The notes beneath the pieces were generated by a model. The model searched no databases, was not told the DNA's origin, and saw nothing but the letters and a program-made list of their open reading frames with translations. A stretch of 64,000 bases of DNA from sequence record MW384823.1; one strand, written 5' to 3'. Numbering within the stretch: position 1 is the first letter of the stretch; every line of letters starts with the position of its first letter. This document shows, in pieces, positions 46,448 to 55,515 of this stretch. Both the position numbers and the translations under genes were made by a program.

Positions 46448-46699
46448 ATGAATAAAGAAAATCCATCTGAGTCGGATGATCTCGAGGACAGAGTGCGGAA
46501 GATTGTAGTAATCGGTCTGGGGATGACCGGTATTTCTACTGCACGCCCAATCGACCATTTCGCTCAGGAAGTAAAACTAGAGAATGTGAAGTTGGAGCGG
46601 CGTTTCGGGGAAGACTGGCGGGGAAACCAGGTAAGCCACGAACGGCATGTGGGGAAACGTGCCGCAAAAACGCGACTTTGGAAAAGTCAACGACGATAA
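46448..46699 (+). CDS. small hypothetical protein
   Basis: 83 aa, AGGA SD. Confidence 0.55.
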   Translation: MNKENPSESDDLEDRVRKIVVIGLGMTGISTARPIDHFAQEVKLENVKLERRFGEDWRGNQVSHERHVGKRAAKTRLWKSQRR

Positions 46700-46774
46700 T
46701 AGCAACCATGCTATGCGTACTACGCAACCGATTTCACTAACCGTCTCTTAGGCGGTCTCACTCAGGATAATAAG

Positions 46775-47260
46775 ATGATTGAAGCAGCGATTCTTAAAGA
46801 CTCGACTGAGCTGACAACAGATCAGCAGAAACAGTTGTTAGGTTTACATTATGCTTTTTTGAATTATCAACGTAGCGTTTTAGGCGTCAATATTGACGTG
46901 CCTGAGCTGGCCATTGCCACACTGTTCCGAGGTAACCGCATTGCGGTTTCGCTTGTTGCAGGTCGTGTGGTGGGCTATTGCATTTACCGGGTTATTTCCG
47001 GGGTGCTAAAACTGCGTACGCTCTTTGTGGCTGAAGAATACCGTCGTTCCGGTAAGATGTCTGCCCTCATTGAGCTGATTAGCGCGCGTGAGGTCTATGC
47101 TAACGCACAATTGACTGTGCACCAAAAATGCCGACCTGCGTACAATTTCTTCACACGTCTCGGGTACGTGGCCAGCGAGTTAGACTGCTGGTTAAACCTG
47201 TTTCTTGATAAACACGTCAGTTTGACCAATAACAAGACCACACAATCAGCCGTTGTTTAA
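46775..47260 (+). CDS. GNAT-family acetyltransferase
   Basis: VVGYCIY...LRTLFVAEEYRRSGK (motif A)...AYNFFTRLGY (motif B). Confidence 0.8.
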   Translation: MIEAAILKDSTELTTDQQKQLLGLHYAFLNYQRSVLGVNIDVPELAIATLFRGNRIAVSLVAGRVVGYCIYRVISGVLKLRTLFVAEEYRRSGKMSALIELISAREVYANAQLTVHQKCRPAYNFFTRLGYVASELDCWLNLFLDKHVSLTNNKTTQSAVV

Positions 47261-47326
47261 ACCTGTAGCTCTCCTTACGAATCACCTCACTATGAGTGAA
47301 GTGTTTTTACGTGAGGAGAGCTATTT

Positions 47327-47659
47327 ATGTTAAACCCTAAAATTTCGTTTATCCCGGAAGTCGTCTGTGCGCAAGAATACGCACGGGTCGTACCGTACTT
47401 AAAGGACACACTGATGGCTGAGCCAAAGCATGTGAATGTAGGAACGATTGGTCATGTTGATCATTCGCGTTCCGGTATCTCGGCGTGTATTTCTGGCGCG
47501 CTGGGCACCTTACCGAAAACCACCACCCTCTGGGATGTGGTCAGTGTTAAACCCCAACAACCGCTGAACGCGATGAATGCCAGTATGCTGGAGTTGGTTG
47601 AAGACGCTGTCCTCAACGGCAGGGACGTTTACGTTGCGCACGTTCAACCGAAGGTGTAG
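47327..47659 (+). CDS. small protein carrying the EF-Tu N-terminal G1 segment
   Basis: [16 protein letters not shown] versus EF-Tu [23 protein letters not shown] SD. Confidence 0.7.
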   Translation: [110 protein letters not shown]

Positions 47660-47661
47660 CA

Positions 47662-48174
47662 ATGAGTCGGGTAGACATCTACGGTGAGGAGCACACAGTA
47701 GATGAGCGCAATCGGGTAGAGTGGGCAATACTCGACAACCATCGTCGTGACCCTTACCAGTTTCTGCTGTGTGAAGAACTGGGGCCGTATGCATGGCATA
47801 CCCCTAAAGAAATTACACAGGCTATCAAAGACCGGATGTGGAGTATCTCTCCGCGTGGGTTGGAACTGGCTTTAAAGCTCAAGATACCGGCCATTGGTAT
47901 CGACCTGTGGGATGACGATGTTTATGCCAAAGACATCAAAGATAAAAACGGCTTTGCGGTCAATGTAAGCCGGAGTTTCTTCTTACGTGAAACCAAGATG
48001 GTAGACACGATAGAGGAGTACCGACAGAAAGGTCGGTTGGCCGTCATGATAGGTGACGCGCATTTACGTACCGTTGCGACAAAAGAGTTGGGCGACCCCT
48101 CTCTGCTGTGGCAGCGGTTTCGAAAAGACAAGCAAGTGGTTATTTACCGTAGCCCTTGTAAAGAAATTGACTAA
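47662..48174 (+). CDS. possible TraB/ChaN/EreA-superfamily protein
   Basis: YGEEH, LCEE, RETKM and IGDAHL motifs in the expected order. Confidence 0.5.
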   Translation: MSRVDIYGEEHTVDERNRVEWAILDNHRRDPYQFLLCEELGPYAWHTPKEITQAIKDRMWSISPRGLELALKLKIPAIGIDLWDDDVYAKDIKDKNGFAVNVSRSFFLRETKMVDTIEEYRQKGRLAVMIGDAHLRTVATKELGDPSLLWQRFRKDKQVVIYRSPCKEID

Positions 48175-48186
48175 GGATAACAGGCC

Positions 48187-48579
48187 ATGACTTTTAGACC
48201 CGCCATTCAAACCGTTTATAAAGACGAAGCAGAAGTCGCACGTCTGTCCCAACTGGCGCACGAGATGATGCTGCGTTGGAAGTGCACCCAAATCGGTAAT
48301 ACCATGTTGACACGTCTTAATTTCCTGCTGCGTATGGAGCCGGTGATTGAAGCAGCCAACATCACACCGAAGTACCTTCGCCCGTCTCTGTTCCGTGAAG
48401 TTAAGATGTTGACCCACGTCGGTGTCGATGTGCGGAAAGTCTGGCCTGCTATGATGAACCCGCAGAAATGCGAACAAATTACATCAACCATCAATCTTGT
48501 GTCTTGCCTTCGCCGCAGTGGAATACACCACGAAGGGTTGGAAGCCGCATTTGCTTCCTGGGTAAGGAAAAATAAATGA
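48187..48579 (+). CDS. hypothetical protein
   Basis: 130 aa, colinear. Confidence 0.65.
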   Translation: MTFRPAIQTVYKDEAEVARLSQLAHEMMLRWKCTQIGNTMLTRLNFLLRMEPVIEAANITPKYLRPSLFREVKMLTHVGVDVRKVWPAMMNPQKCEQITSTINLVSCLRRSGIHHEGLEAAFASWVRKNK

Positions 48580-48824
48580 CCAAAGTAATACCGGAGCACG
48601 TCTCCGTCGCCTTAAAAGAGTTGTCGGGGATTCACCGACCACTTATCAGTAGCTGCACAGAAAGCGAGCGCATGTATCTGCATTCTGGGCTGGCCATCGC
48701 GTTACGGTGGTACGAAAAAGATATCCCGCCTCTCAGGGAGGGGTACAAACGTACCTTCTACTACACCCGTAAAGAGGAGTTCCCACGGACTGCCGTCTTT
48801 ACGCATCATGATGAGGTTATCTGA
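48576..48824 (+). CDS. hypothetical protein
   Basis: 82 aa, ATGA overlap, AAGGA SD. Confidence 0.6.
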   Translation: MTKVIPEHVSVALKELSGIHRPLISSCTESERMYLHSGLAIALRWYEKDIPPLREGYKRTFYYTRKEEFPRTAVFTHHDEVI

Positions 48825-49086
48825 CATGCCCCAGTTTCGTCGTGAAGGTTTTGTTGAAGCACCCCGCAAATGGAATCCAAAGTCCTTAGTGGCGATTTGT
48901 GTGGAGAGCGCCATGAAGTGGCCTCAGACGCTTCGTACCGAAGCCGAGTTCATTGCAGACCGGCCACAACCGTCGAGCGACTCCGTCTTGAATGGGGTGG
49001 TGAGAACCACCATCATCGCGACGGTTGAAAAAGAGTTGCAGAGTGTTTGGCGTGGGATTACCGGTCATGCTCATCTTCCGCGATGA
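48808..49086 (+). CDS. hypothetical protein
   Basis: 92 aa, overlaps both neighbours. Confidence 0.55.
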   Translation: MMRLSDMPQFRREGFVEAPRKWNPKSLVAICVESAMKWPQTLRTEAEFIADRPQPSSDSVLNGVVRTTIIATVEKELQSVWRGITGHAHLPR

Positions 49087-49552
49087 ACGTCATGTTGACG
49101 GTGATTTATTTAATGCCCCCGAGACGTATAAAGTCATCACGATAAATTGTGTCGGGGCGATGGGTAAGGGTATTGCACTCGCGTGTCGTGAACGTTATCC
49201 CGATTTGTATGAAAACTATCGCACGCGGTGTCGTGCTGGCGAGATTACCATCGGGCACGTTTACCTCTACGAAGAGGAGAAGATTATCCTGCTGCCAACC
49301 AAGACCCATTTTAAGATGCGGTCTGAGTTGTCATTCGTCACCTCAGGGATTGATGCGTTAGCTGATCTTGGACGTGACCTCAATGATTCCATTGCGATTC
49401 CTCCTTTGGGGATGGTCAATGGGTGGATGAAATGGAAAGAGCGTGTAGAGGTCTATCATCACCTCTACAACCGGCTACAACCTGGAGAAACGAACTATCG
49501 CGTATACTTGCCTTTAGCATTAATTACAGAGGCAAAGAAAGCCTTAATCTAA
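49067..49552 (+). CDS. macrodomain protein (DarG/Appr-1''-p-processing-like)
   Basis: GDLF...TINCVGAMGKGIA...Y...IILLPTK.H...SIAIPPLG..NG...W. Confidence 0.85.
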   Translation: MLIFRDERHVDGDLFNAPETYKVITINCVGAMGKGIALACRERYPDLYENYRTRCRAGEITIGHVYLYEEEKIILLPTKTHFKMRSELSFVTSGIDALADLGRDLNDSIAIPPLGMVNGWMKWKERVEVYHHLYNRLQPGETNYRVYLPLALITEAKKALI

Positions 49553-49563
49553 ACTTTCTTAAA

Positions 49564-49574
49564 TAGATATTATC
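49564..49574 (+). promoter_or_regulatory. candidate promoter variant
   Basis: Intergenic TAGATATTATC, identical to 59101..59111 and similar to the TATATTAC motif. Confidence 0.4.
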
Positions 49575-49667
49575 ACATGGGCACGTACCAAGGAGTCATT
49601 GCTGTCCGCGCCGTTATTCATGTCGAGTAACGGAAAAGTATAAAGAACACCAACGGAGTATACGACG

Positions 49668-50432
49668 ATGTTACGTTTCATTCTTATTTGTTTGGCGACA
49701 TTGCTGTCGTTTAACGCAGCTGCCATCACCTCGAGTCCAAAGAAGGACTACGCAACAGAGTTTAAAATGATTGAGGGTCGGTTCGAAAAGGTTCGCCCCC
49801 TCATCGTGAAAATCAGTAACGAGCAAGGCGTGCACAGCGGCCTTATGACCACACTGATTTATAAGGAATCCACATTCAACCGCATGGCGGTGAATAAACA
49901 AGGCAGTACCGCAAAAGGGCTCGTCGGTATGACTGACCCCACCAAGCGAGCGATGCTCAAAATGTACGGTAAGCAGCTTGGTCTTGCACGCAATGCAGAC
50001 ATTCACAATTCGCGCGTGGCCATTAAATTAGCCTCGGCCTATCTTAACCATGTCGAAAACGCCATGACCAAACGCTTGAAGCGTCCTGTGTCTAACGGAG
50101 AAATATATCTGGGTTACAAATTTGGCCCTGCGGGTGCTATCGCTATGCTCAAGAAGAAACCGTCTAAGGCGGCTCGTGAGCTTCGCTCCTACAAACGGGA
50201 TGCGGCCTTTTATGGCGCGTTGGTTAAGCCTATCGATGCATCTGAACCCGAAAAACAAACTGCCGCGGTCAAACCCGACGACAGTGAGAAAGTCGCCGAA
50301 CTCCAAGAGATTTGGCACACCTTGTATGGCACATACGCGCCGGTAACTCGTACCACGTTACTGGCCTCTACATTGACTATAGGAGCACCGCTTGAACATC
50401 GTCCAACAACCATGGTATCCCGCTTTATGTAA
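49668..50432 (+). CDS. exported lytic transglycosylase (SLT-like)
   Basis: Signal peptide MLRFILICLATLLSFNAAA; IYKESTFN catalytic Glu; GLVGM; AYL; Y..YKFGP. Confidence 0.75.
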   Translation: MLRFILICLATLLSFNAAAITSSPKKDYATEFKMIEGRFEKVRPLIVKISNEQGVHSGLMTTLIYKESTFNRMAVNKQGSTAKGLVGMTDPTKRAMLKMYGKQLGLARNADIHNSRVAIKLASAYLNHVENAMTKRLKRPVSNGEIYLGYKFGPAGAIAMLKKKPSKAARELRSYKRDAAFYGALVKPIDASEPEKQTAAVKPDDSEKVAELQEIWHTLYGTYAPVTRTTLLASTLTIGAPLEHRPTTMVSRFM

Positions 50433-50904
50433 AGCGGCACAATTGACAGCCGGTGATATTCTGTCGATTGCGTTAGGGGCTGACACCATTGACCCTGAAA
50501 AACCATTTACCCGAGAAGAGTTCTCGGAGCGCCACAACTTCTGGGATGCGTTTGAAACTGCGTTCGGTGACACCGAAGATGCAGAATTCGACTGGAACGC
50601 AAACCAAGCGGTCATGTGGATATGTGGCATGCGCCCGTATGTTGACGAAACCGAAGTTGGCCATGTTCTGACGTGGCGTCAAAATCAGCCGTACAATCGC
50701 GACCTGAGCTTCACCGAAGCGTACATGGAAGCGTCTGTTGCGTTGCAGAACATTTTCTGGGGTGAGTCAGCGTACGTCCAACGTTCATTCCTGACCATTC
50801 TGGAAAAGCTCAAGCAGACGCACAAAATCTGGCGCAGTGAAACAGCCCCAGAGCATCTGTTTGTGCTGGAGTACCAAGTGGTACCTAACCAGCCGTTAGT
50901 GTAA
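50392..50904 (+). CDS. hypothetical protein
   Basis: 170 aa, TTG start after GGAG, overlaps the SLT 3' end. Confidence 0.55.
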   Translation: MNIVQQPWYPALCKAAQLTAGDILSIALGADTIDPEKPFTREEFSERHNFWDAFETAFGDTEDAEFDWNANQAVMWICGMRPYVDETEVGHVLTWRQNQPYNRDLSFTEAYMEASVALQNIFWGESAYVQRSFLTILEKLKQTHKIWRSETAPEHLFVLEYQVVPNQPLV

Positions 50905-50913
50905 CCGAAAACG

Positions 50914-50950
50914 CCAGACCTTTCGGGGTCTGGTTGTTTTAATTTATTTT
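50914..50950 (+). terminator. intrinsic terminator
   Basis: CCAGACCT-ttcg-GGGTCTGG plus T-rich tail. Confidence 0.6.
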
Positions 50951-50972
50951 GCCCCCTACAAGGAGAATCTTT

Positions 50973-51461
50973 ATGTTTGCACGTTATCAACGCTGGGGAC
51001 ACAACGATCCCTATGCCTACTTCATGTTAAACGCGCTGGTCGTCTGCACCTTCTTTTACGCCTATGGGGTCTTCGTACTCAGTCAAGACCCGGCAGGTGC
51101 ATTCTTGTTTGTCTACATCGGCATGTGGGTCTTCTGTTGCAGTATCATGGCTATTCTCTACCGACTGACCATGATAGATCTCTGGGTAGAGAAGTCGGGC
51201 TATACCCTTGAGGAGTTGGGTTGGCTACAACGGCTTGCGGTGGAAGAAGTGCGTGGGTTATACAAGACTGCCGATTGGACGGACTTGAGAAACGCAGCAA
51301 AACGGATTCAACGGGAGCTGCCAAATTTTGACATGGATTATGCGATCATGGCTATTGTCTGGGCGCAGAGCAAACGAAACAAGCCAGTGAAGGTCTGTGA
51401 GGACGCCACTGGCTTCGTCTCGTACAACCCGAGAATATGGCACATCATCAATTACGTTTAA
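50973..51461 (+). CDS. membrane protein (2 TM)
   Basis: Two hydrophobic segments; AAGGAG SD favours MFARY. Confidence 0.7.
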   Translation: MFARYQRWGHNDPYAYFMLNALVVCTFFYAYGVFVLSQDPAGAFLFVYIGMWVFCCSIMAILYRLTMIDLWVEKSGYTLEELGWLQRLAVEEVRGLYKTADWTDLRNAAKRIQRELPNFDMDYAIMAIVWAQSKRNKPVKVCEDATGFVSYNPRIWHIINYV

Positions 51462-51473
51462 GGAAAAATAATA

Positions 51474-52037
51474 ATGGCTAGTACATCCCTCATTAAGTTG
51501 GCAGAAATCAGAAAGCCGGTGCATCCGTTCCGGTTATACATTCTCACCCGTTGGCGTTTTATCTCCACGTACATGGTACTGGTGGTGATGTGTTTGATCT
51601 TCTCGGTCATTCTCTCACTGCTGACCAACTGGAGCGCTTTTGACCTGTTGGTATTTGAGTCCTTCGCCATTCCGGTACTCATCACCCTCAGTGTGACGGG
51701 GTACCTGAAACGTCGCTGGATACAGAAGTCCACGCTGACCACAGACGATGTTTACGAACTGGTCGCTTATGGAAAATGGCTAATCCGTAAGTACGGTAAG
51801 CGGATGGAGTGGCCGACGATTTGCACGGCAGCTTCCAACCCTGAGCCAAAAGTCGGTTCGCAGGCGGGGTATTCAAGCCCGCCGCGTTTCGATCGTGATT
51901 ATCCACAAGAGGCGGTGTTGGGTGGCATTCTCTGTGCCATGGTGAAAGAAGGCGGTTGGGATTCTTTACCGCAAGAAGCCATCAATGCCATGTTCTATTA
52001 CCCTGACATCTACAAGCCGTTCTACGGCCACTATTAA
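51474..52037 (+). CDS. membrane protein (2 TM)
   Basis: Two hydrophobic segments near the N-terminus. Confidence 0.7.
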   Translation: MASTSLIKLAEIRKPVHPFRLYILTRWRFISTYMVLVVMCLIFSVILSLLTNWSAFDLLVFESFAIPVLITLSVTGYLKRRWIQKSTLTTDDVYELVAYGKWLIRKYGKRMEWPTICTAASNPEPKVGSQAGYSSPPRFDRDYPQEAVLGGILCAMVKEGGWDSLPQEAINAMFYYPDIYKPFYGHY

Positions 52038-52089
52038 TTTTACGTAACCCACCCTTTTAATGACTATCTAAAACACAAGGAATAACAAC

Positions 52090-52971
52090 ATGTTTCACGC
52101 TTCCGTAATCAAAGCCCTCGTGGCCCGTGTCCAGTCTCGTGACTTCTCTTATCCGCTGAACGCGCTGAACGCACTCAGTAACCTCATCGTCATGCGCAAT
52201 GCTGGTCTGAACACGGTTACGGGTTCTGAACTCGAAGCCCTGCTCGGTTGTGAGCTGGAAAAAGTGTTCCCGCTGCCTGCGATGCAGATTGTCGTTGACG
52301 GGATTGAGAACACCGTGACCATCAACGGCCACAAGTTCCACACGCCGGAAGAAGAAGCGGCGAAGTTGACATGGCGTCCGCATCCGGCATGGGGTATCGT
52401 GGTTAAAGACGAAGCCGGTGTCTACCAGCTTATCGCCTCCGCCGACCCGTACCGTATTCCGCGCGGTGAAGTATCCATTCCGTTTGATTATGCTGAATAC
52501 GCCGAATCTCTCGGCGCTATCAAGCAGGACAACATGCTGATGTCTCGCGGTCAGGTTATCTGGGAAATCCGTAACTGGTCTGACGTGTCGAAGATTCTCA
52601 ACTCCTGCGAATACTTCGAAATGGGTATCCAGCGTCGTCAGCGTCAGTACGGTGAAGAAACGCCCACCCTGCTCGGCAACGAAAACGATCTGAAAACCAC
52701 CTTCGTTGATACCGGCCTGCTGGAAGAACGTGGTCTGGAAATCGGGGTGTACGGCAACTCTGTGCTGGAACTGGTTGACCGTCTGATTAAAGTCGAAGGT
52801 GAAACCGTGAAGGTGGATATCGATGAAGAACAGATGGCCATCGTGGCGAAGATTCACAAAGAGCTGGGTATCGATGCAATTGTCGAGCAGCTCAAGCAAG
52901 TCCCGGCCAAGAAGCGTACCCGCAAAGAAGTGCGCGGTATCATGGCCGCTTTCCTCGCGCAAGACAAATAA
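52090..52971 (+). CDS. hypothetical protein, probably highly expressed
   Basis: 293 aa; strongly biased codon use; AAGGA SD. Confidence 0.75.
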   Translation: MFHASVIKALVARVQSRDFSYPLNALNALSNLIVMRNAGLNTVTGSELEALLGCELEKVFPLPAMQIVVDGIENTVTINGHKFHTPEEEAAKLTWRPHPAWGIVVKDEAGVYQLIASADPYRIPRGEVSIPFDYAEYAESLGAIKQDNMLMSRGQVIWEIRNWSDVSKILNSCEYFEMGIQRRQRQYGEETPTLLGNENDLKTTFVDTGLLEERGLEIGVYGNSVLELVDRLIKVEGETVKVDIDEEQMAIVAKIHKELGIDAIVEQLKQVPAKKRTRKEVRGIMAAFLAQDK

Positions 52972-53017
52972 ATAAAAAGCCTACCTACCCCGATGGGGTA
53001 GGTAGCTTTATTTTTTT
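52972..53017. terminator. bidirectional intrinsic terminator
   Basis: CTACCTACCCC-gat-GGGGTAGGTAG with A and T flanks; between convergent genes. Confidence 0.85.
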
Positions 53018-53633
53018 AATTTGTTAAGCCAGCGTCTTTGATGATTTTCAACATGTTGTCGTTCATCACCTGCAACTCATTCGCACGCTGGGTTGCCGCT
53101 GCTAACTGCTCAGTCAGCGGAGCCGATTGCCGAATCGTCGCTTTGCGTCGTGCTTCCATCTTGATATGGTCTTCCTCGGTGACAGTCCCCTCGTATTGCA
53201 TGACAGTCAGTTCACCGGTGGTTTCCACACCCACTTGCGATTTAATCAGCGCAATGATGTCGTCGTTCAGCTTACCCACATCCACATAACTCGGTGTCAA
53301 CCCCAAGTCGAACACATACACATTACGGGTATATGCAATCGAGTTTTGTCCGGGGTAATCTGCCAAGAACGTGTTGGGTACATAACGGACTTCGCCGTCG
53401 GTTGATTTGAACGTTAAGATTGCAGCCTTAACGTCCGCGTCATCGAGGTAGTCCTGTCGCGACAATCCTTTTGGTTCGTAATACTTGAGATAAACATCCT
53501 CACCATCACGAACCAGTTCGGGGAACGTACGAATGGCCTCCAGTTTGAAGACCACGTTGTTTGGAAACTCATACGGGTTATTCGCAGTGAACAACCCGGC
53601 CAAGTTTACCTCTGGCGTTAAAGGTATCCGCAT
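53016..53633 (-). CDS. hypothetical protein, probably virion structural
   Basis: 205 aa, GGAG SD, C-terminal coiled coil. Confidence 0.65.
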   Translation of the reverse strand: MRIPLTPEVNLAGLFTANNPYEFPNNVVFKLEAIRTFPELVRDGEDVYLKYYEPKGLSRQDYLDDADVKAAILTFKSTDGEVRYVPNTFLADYPGQNSIAYTRNVYVFDLGLTPSYVDVGKLNDDIIALIKSQVGVETTGELTVMQYEGTVTEEDHIKMEARRKATIRQSAPLTEQLAAATQRANELQVMNDNMLKIIKDAGLTN

Positions 53634-53643
53634 TTACGACTCC

Positions 53644-55002
53644 TTATTGCCAAACAGCGCTACGTGCCAGAACACGGAACTCCACGTTATCAAACTCAAA
53701 GACCCAGAAGGTTAACCCATCGTGATCTTCGTCTTCCATCTTCACCACGTTCAGGGATGAGTTATATGGATGGTACTCCTCTGCCGCAATCAGCGCTTCG
53801 AGGTATAAGCTCAACCATTCGGTGGTCGGTTTTGAAACACGAGAGATGTCTGGGTTGCTGCTGCCAATCAATGCGTAGTCTGGAATGATGTCCATCAAGG
53901 ACGCTTTCTTCTTATCATTCTCAGGGCCAGCGATTGCGATAGCGTTGAGCGACTTATAAATGCTCGGCAGGTCAGAAACTTCCGTGGTCGGTAACGGGAT
54001 AGTGCCGTTATTTTTCTCAGCAGCGGTGAGCGCGCGCCATTCGCCGAATTTGGAAATGGCTTTTACTTGGAGATCATATGGGAACAGGGGCAAATATAAT
54101 GCCGCGACGTCTTCTTGGTTTGGAATCCCTCGGATAGACCAGCCAGGAATGATGGTGAATTTGGTGGTGGTGAAAATTTCCGGGAAGACCGGCACCCAAT
54201 CCTTATTCCCATAATCCGAGTTCGCCAGAATGTAATCACGTAGTGCTTGTTTCTGACGAGTTGGGTTCAAACCTGCCCGACCGTAGATTATGAGGGTCAT
54301 TGGAATGATCAATGTCGCCTCGTAGTCCTCGCGGTCGTGCCAGGTGTAGTTGTGCGTTAAACGCGCCGTAAATGGATAACCGTCAGCGAGCACGTTGACT
54401 TTATCATCGTGGTCGGGTAAGTTGAAAGATTCCATCGCTTTTGCGACAACCGTTTTGACAGCTTGGAAAGTGTCAACCGGCATGATGGGCATCTGCACTT
54501 CAATTTCCCAGCCAAGATAGTCTTGATCAAAATCAGCGTCTGAGAACCAAACCATAATTTGGTTATCAACATCGGATGGACTTTCTACTTTGTCCGCCGT
54601 GGTTTCGAATTTCCAGCTCACCCAGCGTGGGAACCAGTTACCGTTTGCCTGAATCATGGCACCCGTCTGCACATTGCTGATTGTGGTTTGGAATTGTCCC
54701 ACTAACAAACGCTGAAACTCTGACTCGTCATTTTTCGTATTGCCCAGGATCGCTTGGTTATAAATCCACTGGGTCAATCCGAGGACGTGGTCAGTAAAGA
54801 GTGCCGGTACTTTTATCTTCGTGTTGTCGCGAAGATACGTGAACGCCACTAATTCAACCTGAAGGTTAGCCTTTGCGAATTTTTGTTTATTCTTCGCAAA
54901 AGACCAACTTTGATCGGATAACTCACCTACTGGAGCAACTGCACCTTCAGGAGCGTTATCGATTAGTGCCGGTATTTCGATGAAGCCTTGTAAATTGAAC
55001 AT
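53644..55002 (-). CDS. hypothetical protein, probably virion structural
   Basis: Start moved to MFNLQGF after GGAG SD; 452 aa. Confidence 0.65.
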   Translation of the reverse strand: MFNLQGFIEIPALIDNAPEGAVAPVGELSDQSWSFAKNKQKFAKANLQVELVAFTYLRDNTKIKVPALFTDHVLGLTQWIYNQAILGNTKNDESEFQRLLVGQFQTTISNVQTGAMIQANGNWFPRWVSWKFETTADKVESPSDVDNQIMVWFSDADFDQDYLGWEIEVQMPIMPVDTFQAVKTVVAKAMESFNLPDHDDKVNVLADGYPFTARLTHNYTWHDREDYEATLIIPMTLIIYGRAGLNPTRQKQALRDYILANSDYGNKDWVPVFPEIFTTTKFTIIPGWSIRGIPNQEDVAALYLPLFPYDLQVKAISKFGEWRALTAAEKNNGTIPLPTTEVSDLPSIYKSLNAIAIAGPENDKKKASLMDIIPDYALIGSSNPDISRVSKPTTEWLSLYLEALIAAEEYHPYNSSLNVVKMEDEDHDGLTFWVFEFDNVEFRVLARSAVWQ

Positions 55003-55024
55003 AAAAATAAACTCCGAGGTGAGC

Positions 55025-55513
55025 ATGATAGCTGCAATTATTAAACTGCTTCCTTTTCTCCAGTTGCTTTTAGAAGCATTCAAGCCGGGGGATGGAGAAA
55101 AGGTAACCCGAGCCAATAAAATCACAGCACTCGCAATCGTTTTACTTCTGACGTATTCACTCTTTGTGTCGTACGCCTACGTTGACCAGTTTCATAAATT
55201 GGTTCAGATTCGAGAACACGACCAGTACGTCGCTCGCCAGAACGAGGAGCGTGGAGAGACCATCAAAACGCAGGCGGATGAGTTAAGGACGCTCTACAGC
55301 CGCATTTTCGAATGCTTGAGCAATCGACCATATGATGGCGCGAAGGGCGCAGCAAGTGTCCCTCCTCCTGCACCGGTAGCGGTACCTCAAACACCGGTTC
55401 ACACCGAAACCAAAACCACCGACAATAAGCGCGAAGCTGCGGCGAAGCCGGTAGGTGTAGTAGATATGAGTCAGTTCCGTCAAGAACTGCTCAGGAACCT
55501 AAACGAGGAGTGA
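55025..55513 (+). CDS. putative inner-membrane spanin (Rz-like)
   Basis: One TM, then a coiled coil and Pro-rich linker; directly upstream of a lipoprotein gene. Confidence 0.5.
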   Translation: MIAAIIKLLPFLQLLLEAFKPGDGEKVTRANKITALAIVLLLTYSLFVSYAYVDQFHKLVQIREHDQYVARQNEERGETIKTQADELRTLYSRIFECLSNRPYDGAKGAASVPPPAPVAVPQTPVHTETKTTDNKREAAAKPVGVVDMSQFRQELLRNLNEE

Positions 55514-55515
55514 AA

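Noticed and set aside
47327-47659. Calling this gene tuf (elongation factor Tu)
   Set aside because: Only about 12-22 residues match. GKT and all other GTPase motifs are missing, and the protein is 110 aa.
52057-52962. 301-aa antisense ORF covering almost all of 52090..52971
   Set aside because: Expected by-product of strong codon bias in the sense gene; no SD or recognisable motif.
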